Positions 32,622-42,300 of a stretch of DNA of 64,000 nucleotides are shown here, piece after piece (the stretch's first letter is position 1; every line of letters starts with the position of its first letter). The stretch comes from Candidatus Methanomethylicia archaeon (lineage in GTDB: Archaea; Thermoproteota; Methanomethylicia; CALHIW01), in the NCBI GenBank assembly GCA_038845975.1, contig JAWBQF010000004.1, positions 32,001 through 96,000 on the forward strand. Direction: 5' to 3'. Both the position numbers and the translations under genes were made by a program. The notes beneath the pieces are model-generated. The model had not been told where the DNA came from, did no database searches, and was given only the letters and a program-made list of their open reading frames with translations.

Positions 32622-33188
32622 ATGTTTGAATTACGTCTCCATGGTAGAGGAGGACAAGGTATTGTTACTGCTGCTGAACTTCTTGTTAAGGCCGCATCTA
32701 TAGAAGGAAAGTGGGGTCAAAGCATTCCTATGTTTGGAGCTGAACGTAGAGGAGCTCCTGTTATTGCCTATGCTAGAGTATCTAATAGACCTATTAGAAT
32801 TCATAGTCAAATTTATGAGCCTGATGCTGTTGCCGTATTCGACTCTAGAATTATTGAAATTGTTAATGTTACAAGCGGATTGAAAAATGGTGGAGTTATA
32901 ATTCTTAATACAAGTAGGGGGGTTGAGGGGCTGAAGCTAAATGGTTATAAAGTTGTTACTGTTGATGCTACCAGAATCGCTGTTAATCTTAAACTTGTTA
33001 CTGCTGGTTTCCCTATTGTTAATACAGCTATGATTGGAGCTATAGTTAAAGCTACAGGCTTAGTAAAGCTTGAATCAGTAATTACAGCTATTAGAAATAC
33101 GTGGAGTGGAGGTTTTGCTAATGGAAACATTAAGGCTGTAGAAAAAGCATATGAGGAGACCGTAGGGGTTGATTATGGAGACCCTTGA
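32622..33188 (+). CDS. 2-oxoacid:ferredoxin oxidoreductase gamma subunit (vor-like operon), uninterrupted
   Basis: ELRLHGRGGQG, FGAERRGAPV, NTAMIGA. Confidence 0.93.
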   Translation: MFELRLHGRGGQGIVTAAELLVKAASIEGKWGQSIPMFGAERRGAPVIAYARVSNRPIRIHSQIYEPDAVAVFDSRIIEIVNVTSGLKNGGVIILNTSRGVEGLKLNGYKVVTVDATRIAVNLKLVTAGFPIVNTAMIGAIVKATGLVKLESVITAIRNTWSGGFANGNIKAVEKAYEETVGVDYGDP

Positions 33189-33435
33189 AACACCATTATC
33201 AAAGCCTTCAGAAGGATCAGCTGGAATTACAGGCTACTGGAGAACATTCAAACCAGTAATTAATAAGTCTAAGTGTATAAAATGCTTACTATGCTGGATC
33301 TACTGTCCTGAGGGAACCATAATTAGAGTGGATGATGGTGTAGAGGTTAATTACATGTATTGTAAGGGATGTGGTATATGTGCAAATGAATGTCCAGCTA
33401 AAGCAATAGAGATGGTTTTAGAGGGAGAAATATGA
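33175..33435 (+). CDS. vorD: 2-oxoacid:ferredoxin oxidoreductase delta subunit (2x[4Fe-4S])
   Basis: WRTFKPV, CIKCLLCWIYCP, CKGCGICANECP. Confidence 0.88.
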   Translation: METLETPLSKPSEGSAGITGYWRTFKPVINKSKCIKCLLCWIYCPEGTIIRVDDGVEVNYMYCKGCGICANECPAKAIEMVLEGEI

Positions 33436-34628
33436 GAGTTGTTTTAACAGGTAATCATGCTGCTGCTTACGCTGCATTACTATCAAGAGTTGAAGTTGTA
33501 GCGGCATATCCTATAACACCACAAACCCAAATTGTTGAGAAGCTAGCTGAGTTTATTGAGGGGGGAAGGCTTAAAGCTAAATATATAAGAGTTGAGTCTG
33601 AACATAGTGCGATGGCTGCCATAATTGGTGCTAGTGCTGCTGGTGCAAGAACTTTTACTGCTACAGCTTCACATGGACTTGTATATATGAATGAAATGGT
33701 TTTCTGGGCTGGAAATGCAAGACTACCTATAGTTATGGCTATAGTATGTAGAGCCTTAGCCCCGCCATGGAATATTTGGACTGAACATACAGATATACTT
33801 GCTCAAAGAGATACTGGATGGATTCAGTTTTTCTGTGAAGATAATCAGGAAGTTTTAGATACTGTTATTCAAGCCTTTAAAATAGCTGAAGATGATAGAG
33901 TTTTACTTCCAGTAATGGTTGGTCTTGATGCATTCATACTCTCACATACAGCTACTCCTGTAGATGTTCCAGAACAGGAGGATATTGATGGATTTCTACC
34001 TCCAAGAAAGCCTTTACCATTCATACTTGATGTTAATAATCCGTTAACCCATTCAAACATGGCATATCCTAATCAAACAATGGAGTTTAGATATAGACTT
34101 CAGAAAGCAATGGAGAGAGCTATGAGGGTTATAATGGAAGTAGATGAAGAATATGGAAGATTAACCGGTAGAAAATATGGTGGATTACTAGACTGTTATA
34201 GATGTGAAGATGCTGATTTAGGGGTTATAGTTATGGGATCTTCTGCAGGTGATGCTAAGGAGGCTATAGATAAACTACGTGATGAAGGATATAAGCCTGG
34301 AGTCATTAGGATTAGAGTTTTCAGACCATTTCCAAGGGAAGAACTTAGGGAAATATGTAGAAGATTTAAGGCTATAGCTGTTATTGATAGGGATCTATCC
34401 CCAGGTTTAGGTGGAATACTCTATACTGAAACACTTACAAGTCTATATGATTTAAAGAATAGACCAATAGTTCAAAACTATATAGCTGGATTAGGTGGAA
34501 GAGATATTAGTGTAAATGATTTTAAATTAATTGTTAGGGAATTATATAGAAATATTGAGGAGGGAGTTGAAATAACTCCTATAAGATGGATTGGAATAGA
34601 GGGAGTTAACTATGAGTTTAAAAATTAA
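33432..34628 (+). CDS. vorA: 2-oxoacid (probably ketoisovalerate):ferredoxin oxidoreductase alpha subunit
   Basis: AAYPITPQT, VESEHSAM, TATASHGL, RALAPPWNIW. Confidence 0.85.
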   Translation: MRVVLTGNHAAAYAALLSRVEVVAAYPITPQTQIVEKLAEFIEGGRLKAKYIRVESEHSAMAAIIGASAAGARTFTATASHGLVYMNEMVFWAGNARLPIVMAIVCRALAPPWNIWTEHTDILAQRDTGWIQFFCEDNQEVLDTVIQAFKIAEDDRVLLPVMVGLDAFILSHTATPVDVPEQEDIDGFLPPRKPLPFILDVNNPLTHSNMAYPNQTMEFRYRLQKAMERAMRVIMEVDEEYGRLTGRKYGGLLDCYRCEDADLGVIVMGSSAGDAKEAIDKLRDEGYKPGVIRIRVFRPFPREELREICRRFKAIAVIDRDLSPGLGGILYTETLTSLYDLKNRPIVQNYIAGLGGRDISVNDFKLIVRELYRNIEEGVEITPIRWIGIEGVNYEFKN

Positions 34629-35520
34629 AGATCTTCCTATTGAGGATTATTGGCTACCTGGCAACCCATCATGTCCCGGATGCCCAGCCTCACTTGGATT
34701 AAGATTACTTATGAAAGCCCTTGGACCTAAAACAATAACCATTATACCTGCATGCTGTTCAACAATAATTCAGGGAACATATCCTAAAACCTCAGCAAAC
34801 TTTCCAATACTTAACATAGCGTTTGCAGCTTCAGCAGCTGCTGCTTCAGGCATTGTTGAAGCATTAGAGCTTAAAGGTAAAAATAACGTTAATGTTGTTG
34901 TCTGGGCAGGTGATGGTGGAACTGTAGATATAGGACTGCAAGCGCTTAGTGGTGCTGCAGAGAGAAATGAAAATATTATTTACATATGTTATGATAATGA
35001 AGCGTATATGAATACGGGAATACAGCGTTCAGGCGCAACTCCCTACGGTGCATGGACAACAACAACCATTACAGGTAAAAAGGAACACAAGAAGAATTTA
35101 CCGCTAATAATGATTGCTCATGGAATACCATATGTAGCAACAGCATCAGTATCCTATCCTATAGACTTTATAACTAAATTGAGAAAGGCATCTAAAATTT
35201 ATGGAATGAAGTATATACACTTACATTCTCCATGTCCAACAGGGTGGAGGTTCCCATCAGACAAAACAATAGAAATCGGTAGATTAGCTGTTCTTACAGG
35301 TACATGGATATTATATGAAGTTGAAAATGGAACATTTAAACTAAATCCTCCAAGTAATATCTTAATAGATAAGAGTAAAAGAAAGCCGATAAGAAACTAC
35401 ATAAAGATTCAGGGAAGATTCTCTCATTTAAATGATGAGGATATAGATGAGCTGCAAAAATATGTAGATAGACAGTGGGAAACCTGCTTAAAGCTTCTAT
35501 CTATAGGTAAAGTCTATTAG
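34612..35520 (+). CDS. vorB: 2-oxoacid (probably ketoisovalerate):ferredoxin oxidoreductase beta subunit
   Basis: CPGCPASLGLR, IPACCSTII (Thermococcales VorB-like), GDGGT, DNEAYMNTGIQRS, PCPTGW. Confidence 0.85.
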   Translation: MSLKIKDLPIEDYWLPGNPSCPGCPASLGLRLLMKALGPKTITIIPACCSTIIQGTYPKTSANFPILNIAFAASAAAASGIVEALELKGKNNVNVVVWAGDGGTVDIGLQALSGAAERNENIIYICYDNEAYMNTGIQRSGATPYGAWTTTTITGKKEHKKNLPLIMIAHGIPYVATASVSYPIDFITKLRKASKIYGMKYIHLHSPCPTGWRFPSDKTIEIGRLAVLTGTWILYEVENGTFKLNPPSNILIDKSKRKPIRNYIKIQGRFSHLNDEDIDELQKYVDRQWETCLKLLSIGKVY

Positions 35521-35522
35521 AC

Positions 35523-35771
35523 TATTGTAGAGCATCATGTAAAATATTGAATTTAAGCATGATATAGTTTAGAAGTTAGGAATCTAATGAAGAGAATACA
35601 ACATATTGGGTTAGAATTAAACTATTCGACAATTATATACCGTGCATGAAAGATAGGTGTGATAGTGAATGTGTATCCATGCTTATGGAGTCAGTAGTAT
35701 AGCCACCATTTAATTCATAGAATATACAATACCAAAATAGAGGTGATAAAACATCTTAAGTTAACAAATCC
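35523..35771 (+). mobile_element. Right-hand fragment of the IS6-type element
   Basis: aaactattcga..., aataccaaaatagaggtgataaaacatcttaagttaacaaatcc (right TIR). Confidence 0.65.
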
Positions 35772-35827
35772 CATAAAAATAACTTAATATTTAAATATTT
35801 TTATTCTATTTATTAAATGGTGCTTAT

Positions 35828-37528
35828 GTGACTTGGGAAAAACCTTGGTTTAAATTTTATCCTGTAGGTATTTCAAAAGAAGCTAAGATTCCTGAAGTAA
35901 GATTAGATGAGCTTTTAAAGAAAACCGCACAAGAGTTTCCTGGTAGAGTTTTTCTAAGATTTATGGGGGTTAAGTTTACATTTAGATATGTTGATGAGTT
36001 AGTAGATAGATTTACAACTGCTTTAGCTGATCTTGGTGTTAAAAAGGGAAGTGTTATTGCTATAATGCTTCCAAATTGTCCTCAGTTTGCTATAGCATAT
36101 TATGGAGCCTTAAGAGCCGGGGCAATAGTTACGACTTTAAACCCACTATATACTGCTAGAGAAGTAGAGTTTCAGCTGAATGATAGTGAATCAGAGATAC
36201 TTATAGTTTTAGATGTACTTTATACTAGCATCATTAGAGATATTAAAAATAAGACTTTCATTAAAAAGATAATCATTACAAATATTGCTGATTTCCTACC
36301 GCCATTAAAGAGGATGCTAGGCAAGTTTTTAAAGAAAATTCCTCAAGCTAAAGTTGAAGCAGCACCAGATATATATCTACTAATGAATTTAATTAAAAAA
36401 TATAGGCCAAATCCACCTAAAGTGGATATTAATGTAAAGGATGATGTTGCAGTACTCCTATATACAGGTGGAACAACAGGTACTCCAAAAGGAGCTATGC
36501 TAACACATTACAATATGGTTGCAAATGCTATACAATGTAATCTATGGTCTGGAACCAGAACCGGAGCAGAGGTTCTTATTGGCGTTCTTCCATGGTATCA
36601 TGTTTACGGTCAAACAGTAGTATTGAATAGTGCTGCAGCCATGGGTGGAACGGTAATAGTGTATCCAAGATTTGATGTTGAGGAGATAATGAGAGGTATA
36701 CAGGAAAATAAAGCTACATTATTTCCAGCTGTTGCAACAATATATAATGCTATTAATAATCATCCAAGCGTTAAGAAGTATAGTTTAAGTAGTTTAAGAG
36801 CAGGTATAAGTGGAGCAGGCCCGTTACCACTATCAATACAGGAAACATTTGAGAAGCTTACAGGAGCTTTAATATGTGAGGGATATGGATTAACAGAAGC
36901 AGCACCAGTAACTCATTGTAACCCTCTTAACCCAGAACTTAGAAAGGTGGGAAGTATAGGTATTCCACTACCAAGTACGGATGCTGGTATTATGCATATT
37001 GAGAAAAACGAATTTCTAAAACCTGGAGAAGAAGGGGAAATCGTGGTTTCAGGACCACAGGTTATGAAGGGATACTGGAGGAAACCTGAAGAAACTAGAA
37101 AGACATTAATTGTTATGAATGGGAAAATATGGCTACGTACAGGAGATATTGGGAAGATGGATGAAGATGGATTCTTCTACGTTATTGATCGGAAGAAGGA
37201 GTTAATAAAGTATAAGGGATGGTCTATATATCCGAGAGAAGTAGAGGAAGTACTGTTTAGTCACGAAGCTGTAAAAGATGCAGCAGTAGTAGGAATACCT
37301 GATCCTTCGGTTGGTGAGTGGATTAAAGCATATGTTGTATTAAAAGATGAGTATAAGGGAAAGGTAACAGTAAATGATTTAATAGAATGGTGTAAGAAAA
37401 ATCTTGCTCCATACAAGATACCTAAAGAAATAGAGTTTAGAGATCAATTACCAAGAACAATTGTAGGGAAGCTATTGAGAAGACTATTAAGAGATGAAGA
37501 AATAGCAAAACGTAGAACTACAACATAA
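35828..37528 (+). CDS. Long-chain-fatty-acid--CoA ligase (AMP-forming)
   Basis: YTGGTTGTPKGAML, EGYGLTEA, GPQVMKGYW, WLRTGDIG, LPRTIVGKLLRR. Confidence 0.93.
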   Translation: MTWEKPWFKFYPVGISKEAKIPEVRLDELLKKTAQEFPGRVFLRFMGVKFTFRYVDELVDRFTTALADLGVKKGSVIAIMLPNCPQFAIAYYGALRAGAIVTTLNPLYTAREVEFQLNDSESEILIVLDVLYTSIIRDIKNKTFIKKIIITNIADFLPPLKRMLGKFLKKIPQAKVEAAPDIYLLMNLIKKYRPNPPKVDINVKDDVAVLLYTGGTTGTPKGAMLTHYNMVANAIQCNLWSGTRTGAEVLIGVLPWYHVYGQTVVLNSAAAMGGTVIVYPRFDVEEIMRGIQENKATLFPAVATIYNAINNHPSVKKYSLSSLRAGISGAGPLPLSIQETFEKLTGALICEGYGLTEAAPVTHCNPLNPELRKVGSIGIPLPSTDAGIMHIEKNEFLKPGEEGEIVVSGPQVMKGYWRKPEETRKTLIVMNGKIWLRTGDIGKMDEDGFFYVIDRKKELIKYKGWSIYPREVEEVLFSHEAVKDAAVVGIPDPSVGEWIKAYVVLKDEYKGKVTVNDLIEWCKKNLAPYKIPKEIEFRDQLPRTIVGKLLRRLLRDEEIAKRRTTT

Positions 37529-38132
37529 CCATTATAAAATATACTTAAATAATAAACCTTCTTTATGATAGAATCTCAAGACGCTTGACTACTTAGAGTA
37601 AATTAAAGAAGACGTTAAACCATATAATTCCACCTATTTAAAATCTAGTTAGAATTTAAGAAGTCAAAGTATCACATGCTATTTTATTGCATTCTTCCAT
37701 TCAATTTGCCCTATTATATAGGGTTGTTTACTGTATTGAGCTAAGAATACTTAGTTTTCTATTAAAGATAAATATACTGATTCTACTATGTTTCTCTTAC
37801 TAAAAGATGTTTCTGACATGGTTTAAATTTAGTACTTACATGCTACTCTATAATTGTCCTGCCAACCTAGATTTCATATTTATGTGCTGATAAGTAATGA
37901 ATGTAAAGTATGTAAGCTTAATAATATTTAAAGTAGATGTATACAGATAAGTCAAAATAATTTATTAGTTTTTAAAAGTATTGAGTAACATAATAAATGT
38001 ATAATTTAGATGCTGGAATTATAGGAATGTGTTAGAAAGATGAAAATAATAAAACTTCTAAAGATCACAAAGCCCTCTAGTTTTAACGATAGGCTTATAT
38101 ACTATTACTAAAAATACTTTTTGGTGTTCTAT

Positions 38133-38732
38133 ATGTCTTGGAATGAGGATTTTCCATCATGGTGGCGTAGAAGAAGAAAAAGCATACTTCCATCTTTTGA
38201 GGATATATTTGCAGAGTTTGATAGAATATTTGAGGAAATGTTACGTGGAATAGGTGAGGAAATTCCTAGAGGTTTAATTAGAGAAAGAAGACTTCCAGAT
38301 GGTAGGATAGTCCGTGAAACTGGACCAATAGTATGGGGATATTCAGTAACTATAGGCCCTGATGGAAAGCCACAAATAAGAGAATTCGGAAATGTTAAGC
38401 CTAGAATTAAGGAAACACCGTTCGGCGCTAAACCATCAGTAGAGGTTTTGGAAGAAAGAGAGCCGCTAGTTGATGTCATTGAGACAGAAGACCAAGTTAA
38501 GATTATAGCAGAGCTACCAGGTGTAGAGAAAGATGATATAAAGCTTAATGCAACAGAGAAAACACTTACAATATCTGTTGATACTGAGAGAAGAAGATAC
38601 TATAAGGAGCTTCAACTACCAGTAGAAGTTGATCCTGAAAGTGCTAAGGCATCATATAAAAATGGAGTATTAGAAGTGCAATTAGTAAAGAAAATTAAGA
38701 GTAAACCAGGAAAACATATTAAAATAGAGTAA
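38133..38732 (+). CDS. hsp20: Archaeal small heat-shock protein Hsp20
   Basis: GPIVWGYSVTIGPDGKPQIREFGN, EPLVDV, AELPGVEK, ASYKNGVLEV. Confidence 0.93.
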   Translation: MSWNEDFPSWWRRRRKSILPSFEDIFAEFDRIFEEMLRGIGEEIPRGLIRERRLPDGRIVRETGPIVWGYSVTIGPDGKPQIREFGNVKPRIKETPFGAKPSVEVLEEREPLVDVIETEDQVKIIAELPGVEKDDIKLNATEKTLTISVDTERRRYYKELQLPVEVDPESAKASYKNGVLEVQLVKKIKSKPGKHIKIE

Positions 38733-39114
38733 CATCTAAACTAATCTTAGTGACCATCTTTTTCATCCTAACTATTACTAGGATAGAGTCTATCTCGATA
38801 TTGTATTCATCAACTATACTTCCTAATCAATATGAATTACAGATGATAGCTCACAGAATCTATGAATCCTACATAGAGTTTCATAGCTTAATAGGTAAAA
38901 TCCTACTCATACATCTTAAGCTACATCCAAGAATAAGTTAATAAACTGTAATCAAATATAAATGATGTCCTCATCCCCTGAAGAAACTATAATTGCTAAC
39001 CATACTCAATATCAGAATGGGAATATACCCAAATAAAACTTCCAAAGTTGATGGGGCAATTATTTAAAATGGAAACATTTAAGTGTATGTAATAAATTAG
39101 GGCATGGTGAGGCT

Positions 39115-39720
39115 ATGAAGTTTATTGAAATTAGATGGCATGGTAGAGGTGGTATGGGAATAGTTACTGTTGCAAGAATACTTGCAGAAGCAGCGCTTCT
39201 GGAGGGAAGATATTCACAGGCATTTCCTCATTTCGGCCCAGAATGTAGTATCTAGGCCTATAGGCCTAGATACTACCTGGAGCGTTCAGGAGCTCCTGTA
39301 GATGGATTTACTAGAATTGCAGATTTTCCTATTGAAATTCATAGTCAAATTTATAATCCTGATGTTGTTGTAGTAGTAGATCCAACATTGATTGGAGTTA
39401 TTGATGTTACACATGGACTTAAAAAGGATGGGAAATTAGTAATTAACTTTAGAGGGAAACCAATCGATATTAGGAATAAACTTAATATTGATAAAAGTAT
39501 AAAGGTTTTTGTTGTTGATGCTAAAAGAATAGCTTTAGATATTTTAGGTAGACCTATCTATAATACACCTATGCTTGGTGCTACTATTAAAGCTATTGAA
39601 GGACTTGTTTCATTAAAATCAGTAGTTGAAGCTACTATGAGTAGGTTTAAGGGAGAGTTAGGATTAAAAAACGTTGAAGCTATTAAAAGAGCTTATGAAG
39701 AGGTGATTTCCGATGAGTAA
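39115..39720 (+). CDS. porC: Pyruvate:ferredoxin oxidoreductase gamma subunit, split by an intron: join(39115..39243, 39283..39720)
   Basis: Exon 1 reads [15 protein letters not shown]...AFPHFGPE and exon 2 reads [12 protein letters not shown]...NTPMLGA..KRAYEEV. Both are in the same frame, separated by 39 nt containing TAG. RBS-like GGTGA at 39106. Confidence 0.9.
39244..39282 (+). other. 39-nt archaeal bulge-helix-bulge (BHB) intron in mRNA
   Basis: Central helix CCAG(39238-41)/CTGG(39277-80). The 3-nt bulges are AAT(39242-44) and AGC(39281-83). The inner stem is a perfect 32-nt palindrome (39245-39276) and the outer stem is GGC/GTT. Canonical cuts restore FGPERSGAPV. Confidence 0.88.
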
Positions 39721-39991
39721 AACTGGATGGCGTAGCTTACCAGTTGCAGGTATTATTCCTAAAGCTGGCTCCAGTTTAGAATATAAGACAGGTACATGGA
39801 GAGCTTTTAAACCAGTAGTTGATGAGAGTAAATGTACGTTCTGCTTATTATGCTGGATCTATTGTCCTGATGGAGCTGTTAAACGTTTTGATAGTAATAG
39901 AAAGATTTCTATTGATTACGATTACTGTAAAGGATGTGGTATATGTGCTTCAGAATGCCCTGTTAAGGCTATAAGTATGGTGGAGGAGTGA
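39713..39991 (+). CDS. porD: Pyruvate:ferredoxin oxidoreductase delta subunit
   Basis: KTGTWRAFKPV, CTFCLLCWIYCP, CKGCGICASECP. Confidence 0.92.
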   Translation: MSKTGWRSLPVAGIIPKAGSSLEYKTGTWRAFKPVVDESKCTFCLLCWIYCPDGAVKRFDSNRKISIDYDYCKGCGICASECPVKAISMVEE

Positions 39992-41169
39992 GTACTATGA
40001 GGATTATTGGTTTAACAGGTGATGAGGCTGTAGCTTATGCTGTTAAGCAGTGTGACGTTGATGTTATTGCTGCATATCCCATTACACCACAGACAATCAT
40101 TGTTGAGAGAATTAGTGATTTTGTTGCTAACGGTGAAATAGATGCTGAATATGTATGTGTTGAATCAGAACATTCAGCTCTCTCCGCATGTATTGGTGCA
40201 AGTGTAATGGGTGCTAGAGTATTTACTGCTACAGCTAGTCAGGGTCTAGCTTTAATGCATGAAATACTCTATATAGCTTCCTCTCTTAGGCTACCTATTG
40301 TTATGGCTGTTGTAAATAGAGCCTTATCTGCACCTATTAATATTCATGGAGACCATTCTGATATGATGGGGTCTAGAGATTGTGGATGGATTCAAATTTA
40401 TACTGAAAACGCTCAGGAAGCATATGACACTACAATTCAAGCATTTAAAATTGCTGAAGACCCCAATGCATCTCTACCTGTAACTGTTAATCTTGACGGT
40501 TTTATAATTTCACATTCAATGGAGAGAGTTGAAATCCTAAATGATGAAGATGTTAAAAGATTTCTCCCACCTAGAAAACCTTTATATAGACTTGATGTAG
40601 AAAACCCAATAACTATTGGGTCACTATGCTTTACCGATTACTACTTCGAGTTTAAAAGACAGCAAGCCGAAGCCATAGAGGAATCATACAAGACAATAAT
40701 GAGTGTTATGAATGAATATAGTAAAGCATCAGGTAGAAGCTATAAGTTTATAGATACATATGGTATTGAAGATGCTGAGGTACTGATTGTCTGCATGGGA
40801 AGTACATGTGGAACTGCTAGATTTACAGCTAAAAGACTAAGAGAAAGAGGAGAGAAAGTAGGAATTGTTAAGGTATCACTATATAGACCGTTTCCAAGTA
40901 AAGAAATAATTGAAGCTATCAAAAATGCTGAAGCCCTGGTTGTTATGGATAGAGCTGTAAGCTTTGGGGCTCCCTCAGGACCGCTATGCTCAGACATTAA
41001 AAATACACTATATGATGCTGGATTAAGAATAAAGATTTTAAATATAATCTATGGTCTTGGAGGAAGAGATGTCTCACAAAGTGATGTAGAGCAAGCGTTT
41101 AAGCTAGGCTTTAAATTAAAATCAGGAGATGTAAAAGATAAAGTCTTATGGCTAGGGGTGAGAGAATAA
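39988..41169 (+). CDS. porA: Pyruvate:ferredoxin oxidoreductase alpha subunit
   Basis: AAYPITPQT, ESEHSA, TATASQGLALMHE, NRALSAPINIHGDHSD. Confidence 0.93.
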   Translation: MSTMRIIGLTGDEAVAYAVKQCDVDVIAAYPITPQTIIVERISDFVANGEIDAEYVCVESEHSALSACIGASVMGARVFTATASQGLALMHEILYIASSLRLPIVMAVVNRALSAPINIHGDHSDMMGSRDCGWIQIYTENAQEAYDTTIQAFKIAEDPNASLPVTVNLDGFIISHSMERVEILNDEDVKRFLPPRKPLYRLDVENPITIGSLCFTDYYFEFKRQQAEAIEESYKTIMSVMNEYSKASGRSYKFIDTYGIEDAEVLIVCMGSTCGTARFTAKRLRERGEKVGIVKVSLYRPFPSKEIIEAIKNAEALVVMDRAVSFGAPSGPLCSDIKNTLYDAGLRIKILNIIYGLGGRDVSQSDVEQAFKLGFKLKSGDVKDKVLWLGVRE

Positions 41170-42089
41170 TGGTTACCCTTAGGGAATTACCAATTGAGGA
41201 CTATATCGTATCTGGACATAGAATGTGTGCTGGATGCGGATCAGCTATTGCTGCAAGAATGGCTTTAAAAGCTGCAGGACCAAATACAATTGTTGTAAAT
41301 GCTACTGGATGCCTTGAAGTAGCAACAACAATTTATCCATATACTTCTTGGAGGATTCCATGGATACATGTAGCCTTTGAAAATGCAGCTGCTGTTGCAA
41401 GCGGTATTGAAGCAGCCATAAGAGTATTAACTAGGAAAAACTTGATGAAACAGAAGCCCAACATCATAGCTTTTGGAGGAGATGGAGGAACCTTTGATAT
41501 AGGAATTCAAGCATTATCTGGAGCATTAGAGAGAGGACATAGATTCCTATACATATGCTATGATAATGAAGCCTATATGAATACTGGAATACAACGTAGT
41601 GGAGCAACTCCACTTGGTGCTGCTACAACTACAAGTCCCTCAGGCAGAGTTATACCTGGTAAGAAAGAGTGGAAAAAGGACTTAATAGGTATCGCTGTTG
41701 CACATAATATTCCATATGCAGCTACAGCATGCATATCATATTGGAGTGACTATATTAATAAGGTTAAAAAGGCCTTAAGCTTTAATGGACCTACAGTTAT
41801 CCATGTTCTTTCACCATGCCAGCTTGGATGGCGTTTTGATCCTAGTGAAACAATAAAATTAGGTAGGTTAGCAGTACAAACCAGGATATTCCCAATATAT
41901 GAGGTTGAATATGGTAAATATAAATTAAATATTAATGTAACAAAGCCTTTACCAGTTATAGAGTATATAAGGATACAGGGTAGATTTAGGCATTTACTTG
42001 AACCACAAAACAGCCATATTATTGAAGACATACAGAAAAACATTAATTTACAGTGGAATCGTTTACTTAAACTTTGCAGTATAGAGTAA
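41169..42089 (+). CDS. porB: Pyruvate:ferredoxin oxidoreductase beta subunit
   Basis: GHRMCAGCG, TGCLEV..YPYTSW, FENAAAVASG, GGDGGTFDIG, DNEAYMNTGIQRS. TAATG coupling at 41167-41171. Confidence 0.93.
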   Translation: MVTLRELPIEDYIVSGHRMCAGCGSAIAARMALKAAGPNTIVVNATGCLEVATTIYPYTSWRIPWIHVAFENAAAVASGIEAAIRVLTRKNLMKQKPNIIAFGGDGGTFDIGIQALSGALERGHRFLYICYDNEAYMNTGIQRSGATPLGAATTTSPSGRVIPGKKEWKKDLIGIAVAHNIPYAATACISYWSDYINKVKKALSFNGPTVIHVLSPCQLGWRFDPSETIKLGRLAVQTRIFPIYEVEYGKYKLNINVTKPLPVIEYIRIQGRFRHLLEPQNSHIIEDIQKNINLQWNRLLKLCSIE

Positions 42090-42300
42090 TCACATCTAAA
42101 TTCAATACCTATTTTAATATCTTCATTTATACAAATAACTTATAATTTTTACTTGAAGTTTTGTATGATAGACTGGTTTAGATACTACTTCTAATGTTAT
42201 TAGAAATTTAACCTTCAACTACTGTTAATATTATAGTAACATGGTTATCAAGCTTAATAATTAGCTAAAATTTAATATTTATATGTAGTTTAGTGATGTT

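Noticed and set aside
39253-39255. In-frame TAG in porC as a pyrrolysine or read-through codon
   Set aside because: Read-through would leave 13 extra residues inside the conserved FGPERxGAP motif, whereas BHB excision restores it exactly. No pyl genes are visible in the window.
39388-39720. ORF-track 110-aa protein as a complete gene, or porC as a simple pseudogene
   Set aside because: It is only part of exon 2. Both exons are otherwise intact and in the same frame.
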